The position numbers were made by a program, and so were the translations under genes. Shown one piece after another: positions 9,094-18,429 of a stretch of DNA of 64,000 bases. Source of the DNA: an uncultured Gemmataceae bacterium. GTDB taxonomy: Bacteria; Planctomycetota; Planctomycetia; Gemmatales; Gemmataceae. The stretch lies in assembly GCA_963750165.1 (NCBI GenBank), contig CAVVPN010000003.1, positions 2,112,001 through 2,176,000 of the forward strand, written 5' to 3'. The number at the start of each line of letters is the position of its first letter. Position 1 is the first letter of the stretch. The notes beneath the pieces are model-generated. The model did not search any database. It was given only the letters and a program-made list of their open reading frames with translations, and had not been told where the DNA came from.

Positions 9094-9612
9094 ATGGTTG
9101 CTTCGTTTTGCGTCCTTGCCGCCAGCCTGGTGGCCGCCCAGAGCCCGGACGTGACGATTGTGCCGGTGAACCACGGCCAGGTGGTGTCCTCGACGGCAAA
9201 TGGCTGCTCGGGCTGTTGCTCGGGCGGGGGGGAATGGACCGGCAGTTCCGGCGGCGGCCTGTTCAACCACGGTGGCGGTGGCGGCCTGTTCAGCGGGCTG
9301 CGCTGCCGGCTGCAAGGGCTGTTCAACCGCGGCCACGGCCACGGCCAGTACCAGGCTTCCGGCTGCTGTGACGGCTGCGGCGCCGGCGTCCTCGGCGGCA
9401 TGGGTGGCACGGTCAGCGTCGCCCCGATGGCCGGCGCCCCGGTTCACGAGCCGCCGCTGGCGAACCAGCCGCCGGCCAAGGCGATGCCCAGCGGCCCCGC
9501 TCAGCCGAGCCAGTCGCCGCCCCCCATGCCCGAACCGGGCCCGAGTCCCATTCCGCCGAACGCCGTCGGCGTCACCCTGCCACCCATTCAGCAGTCGGAC
9601 CTGCCGCGGTAG
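9094..9612 (+). CDS. Hypothetical secreted Gly/Cys/Pro-rich protein
   Basis: AAGGAG upstream, signal-peptide-like MVASFCVLAASLVAA, CSGCC and CCDGC motifs, Pro-rich tail. Confidence 0.65.
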   Translation: MVASFCVLAASLVAAQSPDVTIVPVNHGQVVSSTANGCSGCCSGGGEWTGSSGGGLFNHGGGGGLFSGLRCRLQGLFNRGHGHGQYQASGCCDGCGAGVLGGMGGTVSVAPMAGAPVHEPPLANQPPAKAMPSGPAQPSQSPPPMPEPGPSPIPPNAVGVTLPPIQQSDLPR

Positions 9613-9644
9613 TCGTTCCCGAGGCCTGCCGCTTGCAGACAAAT

Positions 9645-9695
9645 GCTGAGCCCGAAGTGCCAGCGCGGGAAGCAATCTCCCGCGCTGGCGCTCGG
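9645..9695. repeat. Degenerate REP-like palindrome, family A
   Basis: gccagcgcggga...tcccgcgctggc. Confidence 0.65.
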
Positions 9696-9814
9696 ATGGG
9701 GTGCGACTGCCGCGAGGTTACGGTCATCCGCCTTCGGAAGAAGATTCGCCTTCAGAATCGGAAGGAAAAATCGCTTCGAGATCGCGTCGGGGCTGCGTTC
9801 GCGCACCTGATGGT

Positions 9815-10579
<765 letters not shown>

Positions 10580-10602
10580 CGAAACCCTTTCGTGCTCATG
10601 AT

Positions 10603-10661
10603 TCCGAGCCTGAGCGCCAGCGCGGGGCAGCGCGGCCACCGCGCTGGCGCTCGGGCTCGGA
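10603..10661. repeat. REP-like palindrome, family A
   Basis: tccgagcctgagcgccagcgcgg...ccgcgctggcgctcgggctcgga. Confidence 0.85.
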
Positions 10662-10805
10662 CTTCTACTGAATTGACCTGGACGATCGCTCTTCGGTGTC
10701 CATAATAACATTTTTCCCCCCTGCGGACATGGGCCGTCGTGTGCCGGTCGCCGGGGTCATGAAATCAACCAGCCGGGTCTTGGGAGCGAAAGGGGTGGCA
10801 CGGTC

Positions 10806-11561
10806 ATGAAGATGGGGTTACTCGGTCTGAAAGTGGGCATGACCCAGGTGTACGACGACAAGGGCCGCATGGCCCCCGTGACGGTCCTCCAGGTGGGGCC
10901 GTGTCCCGTCCTGCAGGTCAAGACGGCCGACGGCAAGGACAGGTACAACGCCGTGCAGATCGGCTTCCTCGACAAGCCGCGCGAAAAGGCCATCCGCGCC
11001 GAGCGCGGCCACGTCGCCAAGGACCTGGAGTCGAAGCGCCGCCGCGAGCTGACCGCCGCCGGCGTGACGCTGCCGCCCAAGGCCGACTGCGAGCCGCAAC
11101 GGCACCTCAAGGAGTGCCGACTCGACAAGCCGCCGGAGCAGACCGTCGGCGCCGTCCTGACCGCCGCGGACGTGTTCAAGGACATCAAGTTTGTGGACGT
11201 GGTCGGCACGAGCAAGGGCCGCGGTTTCACCGGAGCGATGAAGCGGCACGGCTTCCAGGGCCTGCCGGCCGCGCACGGTGCCAAGAAGGTCCACCGCAGC
11301 GCCGGCTCGATCAGTTCGCACGCCAGCAACCGCGGTAGCGGCCGGCCCAAGAAGGGCCACAAGGCGGCCGGTCAGCACGGCAACGTGCAGCGCACCGTTC
11401 GCAACCTTGACGTGGTGCGCATCGACGCCGAGAACCACCTCATCCTGGTGCGCGGCGGCGTGCCGGGGCCCAACGGCGGCCTCATTTACATCCGGCCGAC
11501 CAACAAGATGACCTCTTACCGCGTCGTCGTCAAGCAGGAGTCGAAGAAGAAGAAGAAGTGA
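10806..11561 (+). CDS. rplC: 50S ribosomal protein L3 (no rpsJ/rplD neighbours)
   Basis: GLLGLKVGMTQV, PVTVL, YNAVQIGF, DVVGTSKGRGF.G.MKRHGF, LILVRGGVPG. Confidence 0.95.
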   Translation: MKMGLLGLKVGMTQVYDDKGRMAPVTVLQVGPCPVLQVKTADGKDRYNAVQIGFLDKPREKAIRAERGHVAKDLESKRRRELTAAGVTLPPKADCEPQRHLKECRLDKPPEQTVGAVLTAADVFKDIKFVDVVGTSKGRGFTGAMKRHGFQGLPAAHGAKKVHRSAGSISSHASNRGSGRPKKGHKAAGQHGNVQRTVRNLDVVRIDAENHLILVRGGVPGPNGGLIYIRPTNKMTSYRVVVKQESKKKKK

Positions 11562-11637
11562 GTGTACCCCCCGGGGAGTTTCTGAGGACGCGAGGCCACC
11601 ACCGGCCCCGCGTCCTCGGCGTTTCCTGGCGGAATTT

Positions 11638-11790
11638 GGCGAGCGGCGCGGCGTCAGCCCGCCGGTGCTTCGTAGCACCGGCGGGCTGACGCCGCGCCGC
11701 TCGCCTCAAACCAGACCGGCGGGCTGACGCCGCGCCGCTCGCCTCAAACCAGACCGGCGGGCTGACGCCGCGCCGCTCGCCTCAAACCAG
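11638..11790. repeat. REP-like palindrome (family B) with its right arm triplicated as a 38-bp tandem unit
   Basis: Hairpin 11638-11705; unit accggcgggctgacgccgcgccgctcgcctcaaaccag at 11677, 11715 and 11753. Confidence 0.9.
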
Positions 11791-11889
11791 AGGCACACCT
11801 GGCGAGTCAACCTTTCATTGACCTCTCACCCCGGGCGTTTTACGCTAGGGGAGATGAATCTGGCGCCGTTCCCGGGAAGTGAGGTGGTC

Positions 11890-13230
11890 ATGTCCGCGTG
11901 GTTGCGAAATCCCCTGGCCGTCGGTCTGCTGATGAGCCTGGTGCCGTGCGCCGCCGCCCAGGATGACGCTGCGGCCGCGCACGCCCTGGTGCTCAAGGCG
12001 GTCAACGCGCAGGGCGGTCTGGAAAAGCTCGGCCAGAAAGTGGCGTCCCACCGCAAGAGCAAGGGCGTCTTTCACACCGACAAATTCTCCTTCACCGGCG
12101 ATAGTTTCAGCGACCAGGGCAAGCGCCGCAAGATCACCATTCAGGGGGAGCAGGACAACCAGCTGTCCACGCGCACCCTGGTCATGGACGGCGGCAAGGG
12201 TTGGATCACCTTCGACGGCCTCACCGTTGAGCTGGACGACGAGTTCCTGCAGCGCCTGGAGCGCTCCGCCTACGCGGACAGGGTGGCCAGCCTGGTCACC
12301 CTGTTGCGCGACAAGGGGTACAAGCTGTCCACCCTGGGCGAGGTCCAGGTCATGGGCGCCGCGGCCCTGGGCGTCAAGGTCGAGAAGGAAGGCAAGCCGG
12401 ACATCCAGCTCTATTTCGACAAGACGACTGGCCTGCTGGTGAAGTCGGCCAACAAGGTCAAGGACTCGGAAAGCGGCCCCGAGGTGTTGCAGGAGGTGTA
12501 CCACCGGGACTATCAGTGGTACAGGCCGCTGGCGGCGGACGAGCAGTTGCTGCGGGCGGCCAAACTCGGCGTGGACGGCCCCGCTCTGCTGCAGGCCCTG
12601 CGGCAGCGCGTCCCCACGCCGGAGGACCGGAAAAAACTGCTGGCGCTGGTCGAGGAACTGGGGAACCGGTCCGCGCGCGTGAGGGAAAAGGCCAGTGCCG
12701 CCCTGGCGAGCTGGGGACCGCGGGCGACGCCGTACCTGAAGGACGCTCTCAAGCACAAGGATCAGGAGATCGTCCGCCGGGCCGAAAAATTGCTGGAAAA
12801 GGTCACGCACGGGGCCGATGCAGAATTGACACTGGCCCTGCTGCGGTTGACGACCGCCCGGAAACCGACCGGTGCGGCCGCCGTGCTGCTGGACTACCTG
12901 CCCTTCGCGCCGGACGAGTCGGTGGCCCGGCAAGCGCTGGAAGCGCTGGCGGCCGTGGCCGTGCGCGACGGCAAGCCGGATCCAGCAGTCGAGCAGGCCC
13001 TGAACGACCCGGGCCCCCAACGGCGTGCGGCGGCGGCCGCGGTGCTGGGCAAGGACGGCGGCGCCTTCGCCAAACAGCCGTGGCGGCCGGTGCTGGTGGA
13101 CGGTGTGCTGCTGCCGCGGAGTTCCATCCTGTACCGCGACGGCAAGCTGAACATGGAGTTGGCAACCGTGGAGATCCACTTCTACAACCGCCTCGACGAC
13201 AGCGTTTTCGCCCGCCCCGATGCCAAATGA
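11890..13230 (+). CDS. Secreted hypothetical protein with HEAT-repeat block
   Basis: Signal peptide, beta-rich N-terminal region, helical repeats (LVEELG....VREKASAAL, ALNDP...RRAAAAAVL); GAGGT before ATG. Confidence 0.75.
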   Translation: MSAWLRNPLAVGLLMSLVPCAAAQDDAAAAHALVLKAVNAQGGLEKLGQKVASHRKSKGVFHTDKFSFTGDSFSDQGKRRKITIQGEQDNQLSTRTLVMDGGKGWITFDGLTVELDDEFLQRLERSAYADRVASLVTLLRDKGYKLSTLGEVQVMGAAALGVKVEKEGKPDIQLYFDKTTGLLVKSANKVKDSESGPEVLQEVYHRDYQWYRPLAADEQLLRAAKLGVDGPALLQALRQRVPTPEDRKKLLALVEELGNRSARVREKASAALASWGPRATPYLKDALKHKDQEIVRRAEKLLEKVTHGADAELTLALLRLTTARKPTGAAAVLLDYLPFAPDESVARQALEALAAVAVRDGKPDPAVEQALNDPGPQRRAAAAAVLGKDGGAFAKQPWRPVLVDGVLLPRSSILYRDGKLNMELATVEIHFYNRLDDSVFARPDAK

Positions 13231-14237
13231 CGAGTAGCCGTCAAATCGTGGTGACCCGCGGCGACGCCCGCCGCACGGTCGCCGAGCTGATCCGCCGGCA
13301 CGCGCACTGCTCCTGGCCGGAGGCGCGCCGGCTGATTCACGCTGGCCGGGTGCGCGTCGATGGCCGGCCGTGTGCCGACCCCAACCAGCGCCTCGCCGCC
13401 GGGCAACGCCTGCAATTCGATCCGTACAAAGTCACCCCCCCTGCCAGGCTCCGCCAGGAGCGGCCGGCGCCGCGCCTGCCGGACGACCTGCCGGAGCCTT
13501 ACCTTCGCTTCGTCGATGCCCACGTCGTGGTGGTCCACAAGCCCGCCGGTTTAACAACCATGCGCCACCAGCACGAGGCCGCCGAGTTTGGCCGCCGGGC
13601 GAAAAAATTCCTGCCCGTGACACTCGCAGACCTGCTGCCCACGCTGCTCGCCAGCGCCCAGCCGGACGGTAAGGGAGACAGGGTCCGCGCCGTCCATCGG
13701 CTCGACAAGGAGACGAGCGGCCTGGTGGTGTTCGCCCGGACGCCCGCGGCCGAGAGCCACCTGGGCCGTCAGTTCCGCGCGCACGCCGTGGACCGGACGT
13801 ACCTGGCACTGGTGCGCGGCCGGGCGAAGTCGGAGCGTGTGGAGTCGTACCTGGTGGCGGATCGCGGCGACGGCCGGCGCGGCAGCGGCACGAAAGCAGG
13901 CGGCGGCCAGCGGGCGGTGACGCATGTGCGCGTCGTCGAGGAGCTGGGCGAATACACGCTGGTGGAGTGCCGGCTGGAAACGGGCCGGACGCATCAGGTG
14001 CGCATCCACCTGGGCGAGCGCGGTACGCCGTTGTGCGGCGAGCGCATCTACGACCGGCCACTGCACGGCAAGCCGTTGCCGGACGACAGCGGCGCCGCCC
14101 GCCCCGCCCTGCACGCCGCCAGCCTCGGCTTCGAGCATCCCGCGACCGGCCAGCGTATGCACTGGGACGCGCCGCTGCCAGCGGACATGCGGAAGGTATT
14201 GAAAGCGCTGCGCCAGCGTGCAAAGCGTTTACGCTGA
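13227..14237 (+). CDS. RluA-family pseudouridine synthase with S4 domain
   Basis: VVHKPAGL, VHRLDKETSG, LETGRTHQVRIH, LHAASLGFEHP; ATGA overlap with upstream gene. Confidence 0.95.
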   Translation: MTSSRQIVVTRGDARRTVAELIRRHAHCSWPEARRLIHAGRVRVDGRPCADPNQRLAAGQRLQFDPYKVTPPARLRQERPAPRLPDDLPEPYLRFVDAHVVVVHKPAGLTTMRHQHEAAEFGRRAKKFLPVTLADLLPTLLASAQPDGKGDRVRAVHRLDKETSGLVVFARTPAAESHLGRQFRAHAVDRTYLALVRGRAKSERVESYLVADRGDGRRGSGTKAGGGQRAVTHVRVVEELGEYTLVECRLETGRTHQVRIHLGERGTPLCGERIYDRPLHGKPLPDDSGAARPALHAASLGFEHPATGQRMHWDAPLPADMRKVLKALRQRAKRLR

Positions 14238-14253
14238 GTCGGCCCCGTTCACC

Positions 14254-14736
14254 TCACTCCCCCTCCGCCGGGCACGGCCCCCGGGCCTTCTCCAGCAGCC
14301 GATTCAACTCGTGAACCTCTTCCTTCGACAGGTGGGCGACGACGCGGCGGTGCAGGTCCAGGACCGGCTCGTCGAGACTGGCGAGCAGCTTGAGCGCCTT
14401 GGCGGTGGTGGTCACGTACACCACGCGGCGGTCCTTGGTGGAGCGTTCGCGCGTGACCAGGCCGGCGTGCTCCATGCGGTCGATCAGGCCGGTGATGCCG
14501 GGCACCACGGTGATGGTGCGCTGGGCGATCTCCAGCGACGGCAGCGGCTGACCCTCGCCGCGCAGGATGCGCAGGATGTTGTACTGGGCCGGCGTCAGCC
14601 CGTACTCGCGGAACAGCCGCGTGAAGTGGATCTGCAACTGGTCGGCGGTGCGGAACAGGTTCAGGGCCAATTCCTGCTCTGGCGAGTCGAAGGGTTGTTT
14701 CTTTTTGATTTCCTGCTGTAACTTGCTGGCGGCCAT
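14254..14736 (-). CDS. MarR-family transcriptional regulator
   Basis: GLTPAQYNILRIL, ITGLIDRME..GLVTRERS..DRRVVYV. Confidence 0.92.
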   Translation of the reverse strand: MAASKLQQEIKKKQPFDSPEQELALNLFRTADQLQIHFTRLFREYGLTPAQYNILRILRGEGQPLPSLEIAQRTITVVPGITGLIDRMEHAGLVTRERSTKDRRVVYVTTTAKALKLLASLDEPVLDLHRRVVAHLSKEEVHELNRLLEKARGPCPAEGE

Positions 14737-14982
14737 GGCGGCGCCCCCTGCTAGCTGCAAACGCTTCGCTTGTTTCCAGGATAATGGCCGATTCTACGAG
14801 AAAGTGCGGCGGCAGACAGCCGAAAAGTGCGGCGGCGTGGTGTTTGTCATCCGAGACGTGCGCGGCAAGCCTCCTTGAGGCCCAGTTGCTTGTTGACACA
14901 CCGAGCGTGACCACACTTGACTCCTGGCGGATGCCGGGTAAAAAACGAGAGCTTTGTGCTTGCGATAGGGTGAGACTCCCCC

Positions 14983-15136
14983 ATGCCACCAATCTGGCCG
15001 CCTATCTATTTGCCCACTCCCCCCTGGCAGCCGTGGCGAAGCCGATTCCTCCGCCTGTACCACGGCTGCACCAGCGCTGCAACGACTGATCGACCGTGGC
15101 AACAAGAAGTTTTTCGAGGTTGAGAACGTCGAGTGA
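14983..15136 (+). pseudogene. Internally deleted remnant of a DUF3990-like protein
   Basis: MPPIWPP...FLRLYHGCTSA joined out of frame to LQRLIDRGNKKFFEVENVE*; the LYHG(C)T start resembles DUF3990/ART-like folds. Confidence 0.45.
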
Positions 15137-15151
15137 AATGTGGAGACGATC

Positions 15152-15403
15152 ATGGGGCACGCACAAAATCGGCAAAAGGCCATCGATCAGTTTTGGAGCG
15201 ATGTCAAGGGTTTGCTAACTGGCAAAACCGGCAAGTACCACCACTCGCCCCAAAAATCCCAGCAGGAGGGGATTGAGAAATACCGGCAGGAGGTGAACCG
15301 CCTGGACCTCGGTGGCGTGGTCTACAACCAGGGAGAGGAGCAGACCGCCAGGGTGATTGACGGCTTGATCGAGCACGGCCTCCCGACACCGAGCGCGTCC
15401 TGA
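15152..15403 (+). CDS. Small hypothetical protein (83 aa)
   Basis: GGAGA upstream, protein-like composition (FWSDVKGLL...YRQEVNRL...VYNQG). Confidence 0.65.
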   Translation: MGHAQNRQKAIDQFWSDVKGLLTGKTGKYHHSPQKSQQEGIEKYRQEVNRLDLGGVVYNQGEEQTARVIDGLIEHGLPTPSAS

Positions 15404-15435
15404 AGTATGCACCCCGGCACTCAAGGAGTTCGCCT

Positions 15436-16554
15436 ATGAGATGGCTCCCGTGGGTCGTGGGCATCCTCGCCTTCGGGGCGGGCTTCGGACTCGCCGCGCT
15501 GGTCTACCATTTGACCTGGCTCCCGTGGGGGTTGGAATTTTTTTCCCTGCTCCTGGCGGGGGGCTTCGGCGGCATCGCCCAGGCGCTGGCCACCGGCGCG
15601 GACAGGCTCCGGTTCCCGGGGCTGGTTCCCCCGGACCAGGAAACCGACCGGCCAGCCTGGGACGCCGGGTTCCTGGCCGATGCGTTCATCGGCATGCTTG
15701 GCGCTGTGGCGAGTCTGATGTTCGCCCTGGCGCTGTTGAGCGACAAATTCTTTGGGGTCACGCAGGGCCAGGCGCAGACGGACTTCCCGATCCCACCCTG
15801 GGCGCGGATGGTCGCATTCGGTGCGCTGACCGGGTTCGCCAGCCGTCAACTGCTGCCGGCCCTGTCCAAGCGACTGGTCAACATGGTGACCGAACAGGTT
15901 CGGGAGCGGGTGAACCAGGTGGAACAGCGAGCGAACAACCGCCTGGAAGCCATCCAGGCCCAGGCCGAGATCGCCCAGTTGACGGCCATCGCAGCAAACC
16001 CTCCCCCAGCGGTCGCCGCCGCGGCCGCAGCCGTCGCTGCCCCCGCCGCCGCCGCCGCCGCCGCGTTCGTCGCTACCGGCGCGGCCGCCGCTCCGGGCTG
16101 GGTTTACGAGATCGAGCACCTGGTCCAGCAGTACAACGCGATCAACAACCCGGATTACGAGGCCCGGATGGCCGCCCGCATGGAGACAGCCAGGGCCATG
16201 CTCGTGATTCTTGACCGGGCGCACGTCGCGTCCGCCGTGCTGGTCCCTGAAGTCCAGAACCACCCGGAGACGGCCTGGGTGCTGGTCCTGGCAACGCTGA
16301 TTGCTTCCCGCCCCGAGGCCAACGACGCCGTCCGACTATTCGACGCTTACGATTTACGGCTCGCTGACGCCGCCGTTCGTCGGGAGAGCAAGTTCATCCT
16401 CTACCGGGTATTGCTGGCCGTGATTGCCCTGTACGACAGCCACCACCTGCCTGTGGCACACCGCGGCCGCGCGCAGCAGATCGCCCAGGAGTGCCTTGAG
16501 ATTCCGGACGACCGGTTACGCAAACGGGCAAACGCCGTTTTACAACTCCTTTGA
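15436..16554 (+). CDS. Membrane protein: multi-TM N-terminus, coiled coil, poly-Ala linker, helical C-terminal domain
   Basis: AAGGAG upstream; hydrophobic segments LAGGFGGIAQAL, FIGMLGAVASL, FGALTGFASRQLL. Confidence 0.75.
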   Translation: MRWLPWVVGILAFGAGFGLAALVYHLTWLPWGLEFFSLLLAGGFGGIAQALATGADRLRFPGLVPPDQETDRPAWDAGFLADAFIGMLGAVASLMFALALLSDKFFGVTQGQAQTDFPIPPWARMVAFGALTGFASRQLLPALSKRLVNMVTEQVRERVNQVEQRANNRLEAIQAQAEIAQLTAIAANPPPAVAAAAAAVAAPAAAAAAAFVATGAAAAPGWVYEIEHLVQQYNAINNPDYEARMAARMETARAMLVILDRAHVASAVLVPEVQNHPETAWVLVLATLIASRPEANDAVRLFDAYDLRLADAAVRRESKFILYRVLLAVIALYDSHHLPVAHRGRAQQIAQECLEIPDDRLRKRANAVLQLL

Positions 16555-16588
16555 GGGATTCTCGAAGTCCGGTCCCGGGAATCGGGTG

Positions 16589-17971
16589 TCAGACTGATCG
16601 GCTCACCGGCGCCGCACCGCCACGGCTCGCCGCGCCGTCCTGAGCGCCGCGCGGCCGGGTCAACAGCTCCGACACAATTCGCAGTGCCGTCTCCACCTGC
16701 CCCGCGCTGACGCACAGCGGCGGGCAAAAACGGATGGCGCCCTCGCCACAACCGAGCAAGAGTAGGCCCTGATGAAACGCCGCCTGAATCACCTCGTCGC
16801 GCAGGGCCGGGTCGAGCGTCTGGCGGTCGCCGGGCTTCACCAGATCCACCGCAGTCATCAGCCCCAGGCCGCGCACCTCGCCGAGTTCGGGAATCGTGTG
16901 CTGAAGTTTCCGCAGCCCTTCCTGAAGCTGACGACCGCGCACCTCCGCGTTCGCGACATAGCCCTGTTGCAGCAGGTCCAGCGTCGCCAGGGCGGCGCGG
17001 CAGCTGACGGGGTTGCCGCCGAAGGTGCTGGCGTGGCTGCCGGACGGCCAGTCCATCACCGAGGCGCGGGCGATGATTGCGCCCAGCGGCATACCGCTGG
17101 CGATGCCCTTCGCCAGACACAAAATGTCCGGCTCGACGCCCCAGTGCTCGACCGCGAACATCTTGCCGGTGCGGCCCATGCCGGACTGCACCTCATCCGC
17201 GACCAGCAAAATGCCGTGGCGGTCGCACAGTTCGCGCAGCGCTGGCAGGAAGCCCGGCGGCGAGACGAAGTAACCGCCCTCGCCCTGGATCGGCTCGACG
17301 AAAATGGCCGCGACCTCCTCCGGCGGGGCGACGCGCTTGAAGAGGGTGTCTTCGATGCTCTTGATGCAGGCGCAGCCGCCGGGCTGACAGACCGTGCAGC
17401 CGCGCGGGAACGGTACATGGTGAATGTCCGGCACCAGTGGCGAGAAGCCGCGGCGATGCACCACCTTCGAGCCGGACAGCGACATGGCCCCGTAAGTGCG
17501 GCCGTGGAACGCCCCGAAGAACGCCACCGCCCGCGACCGCCGCGTGTGCCAGCGTGCCAGCTTCAGCCCGGCTTCCAGCGCCTCGGCGCCGCTGTTGGTG
17601 AAGAAGACGCGCTTGGGCGTCTGGCCCGGGGCGACCTCCGCCAGCCGCTGTGCCAGGTCGATTTGCGGCGCGTAGTAAAAATCGGTGCCGGACATGTGGA
17701 TCAGCTTGGCGGCCTGGTCCTGGATGGCGGCGACGACGTGCGGGTGACAGTGGCCGGTGGCGGTGACGGCAATGCCGGCGGTGAAGTCCAGGAAGCGGTT
17801 GCCGTCCACGTCCTCAATGACCGCGCCGCTGCCGCGGGCGCACACCAGCGGGTAGATGCGCGTGTACGACGGCGACATGTACTGCTCGTCACGGTGGAGC
17901 AGTGCTTGCGCCTTTGGGCCGGGCAGCGCGGTGTGGAGGTACGGGACCGTTTCGTTCTCAAATAGCCACAT
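16589..17971 (-). CDS. Class III PLP aminotransferase (GABA/acetylornithine-type)
   Basis: FTNSGAEA, FHGRTYG, EPIQGEGG, ADEVQSGMGRTG, LAKGIASG, STFGGNP. Confidence 0.93.
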   Translation of the reverse strand: MWLFENETVPYLHTALPGPKAQALLHRDEQYMSPSYTRIYPLVCARGSGAVIEDVDGNRFLDFTAGIAVTATGHCHPHVVAAIQDQAAKLIHMSGTDFYYAPQIDLAQRLAEVAPGQTPKRVFFTNSGAEALEAGLKLARWHTRRSRAVAFFGAFHGRTYGAMSLSGSKVVHRRGFSPLVPDIHHVPFPRGCTVCQPGGCACIKSIEDTLFKRVAPPEEVAAIFVEPIQGEGGYFVSPPGFLPALRELCDRHGILLVADEVQSGMGRTGKMFAVEHWGVEPDILCLAKGIASGMPLGAIIARASVMDWPSGSHASTFGGNPVSCRAALATLDLLQQGYVANAEVRGRQLQEGLRKLQHTIPELGEVRGLGLMTAVDLVKPGDRQTLDPALRDEVIQAAFHQGLLLLGCGEGAIRFCPPLCVSAGQVETALRIVSELLTRPRGAQDGAASRGGAAPVSRSV

Positions 17972-18011
17972 CAGGTCAGCCTCCTGTCTCGCCGTTGGCA
18001 GTGTACCGACC

Positions 18012-18317
18012 TGTCTTTGCCCCGAAGGGGCTACACAACTTAGCCCAGGGCAACGCCCTGGGAAACGGGGTGAGACCACAATATCCCTTCTGGTTTTTCG
18101 CCCTGAAGGGGCACAACAAGAAGTTGTTATGCCCTTCAGGGCGAATGATAAAAGGGTTTAAGGTTCTCAGGGCCTGTGCGAAAAGTAGGTGCCGCGAGCC
18201 GAGCGGCACCCGCAGCGGGTGCCGCTCGGCTCGCGGCACCTACTTTTCGCACAGCCACTCAGTGTTCCCAGGGCGTTGCCCTGGGCTAAGTTGTGTAGCC
18301 CCTTCGGGGCAAAGACA
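18012..18317. repeat. Composite palindromic element: 53-bp perfect outer inverted repeats enclosing two further hairpins
   Basis: 18012-18064 is the reverse complement of 18265-18317; inner hairpin about 18098-18144; 40+1+40 perfect palindrome 18174-18254. Confidence 0.9.
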
Positions 18318-18429
18318 ACATAACAACGCTTGAATCATGCCCGCATCAATTCACCGGATCGGACCAATCATAAGGATCGGTTTCATTGCTGAAGCAACCG
18401 GATCATTTCAGCCTGTTCTTGAGAATGCA

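Noticed and set aside
10673..10706. TTGACC...CATAAT promoter for rplC
   Set aside because: The 22-bp spacing is too long for a sigma-70 promoter; the -10 may be real but the pair is unsupported
11677..11790. Possible CRISPR array (three 38-bp repeats)
   Set aside because: Units are directly adjacent with no unique spacers, derive from a REP arm, and no cas genes are present
16012..16092. GCC-rich run as a separate repeat element
   Set aside because: It encodes the Ala-rich linker of the membrane protein
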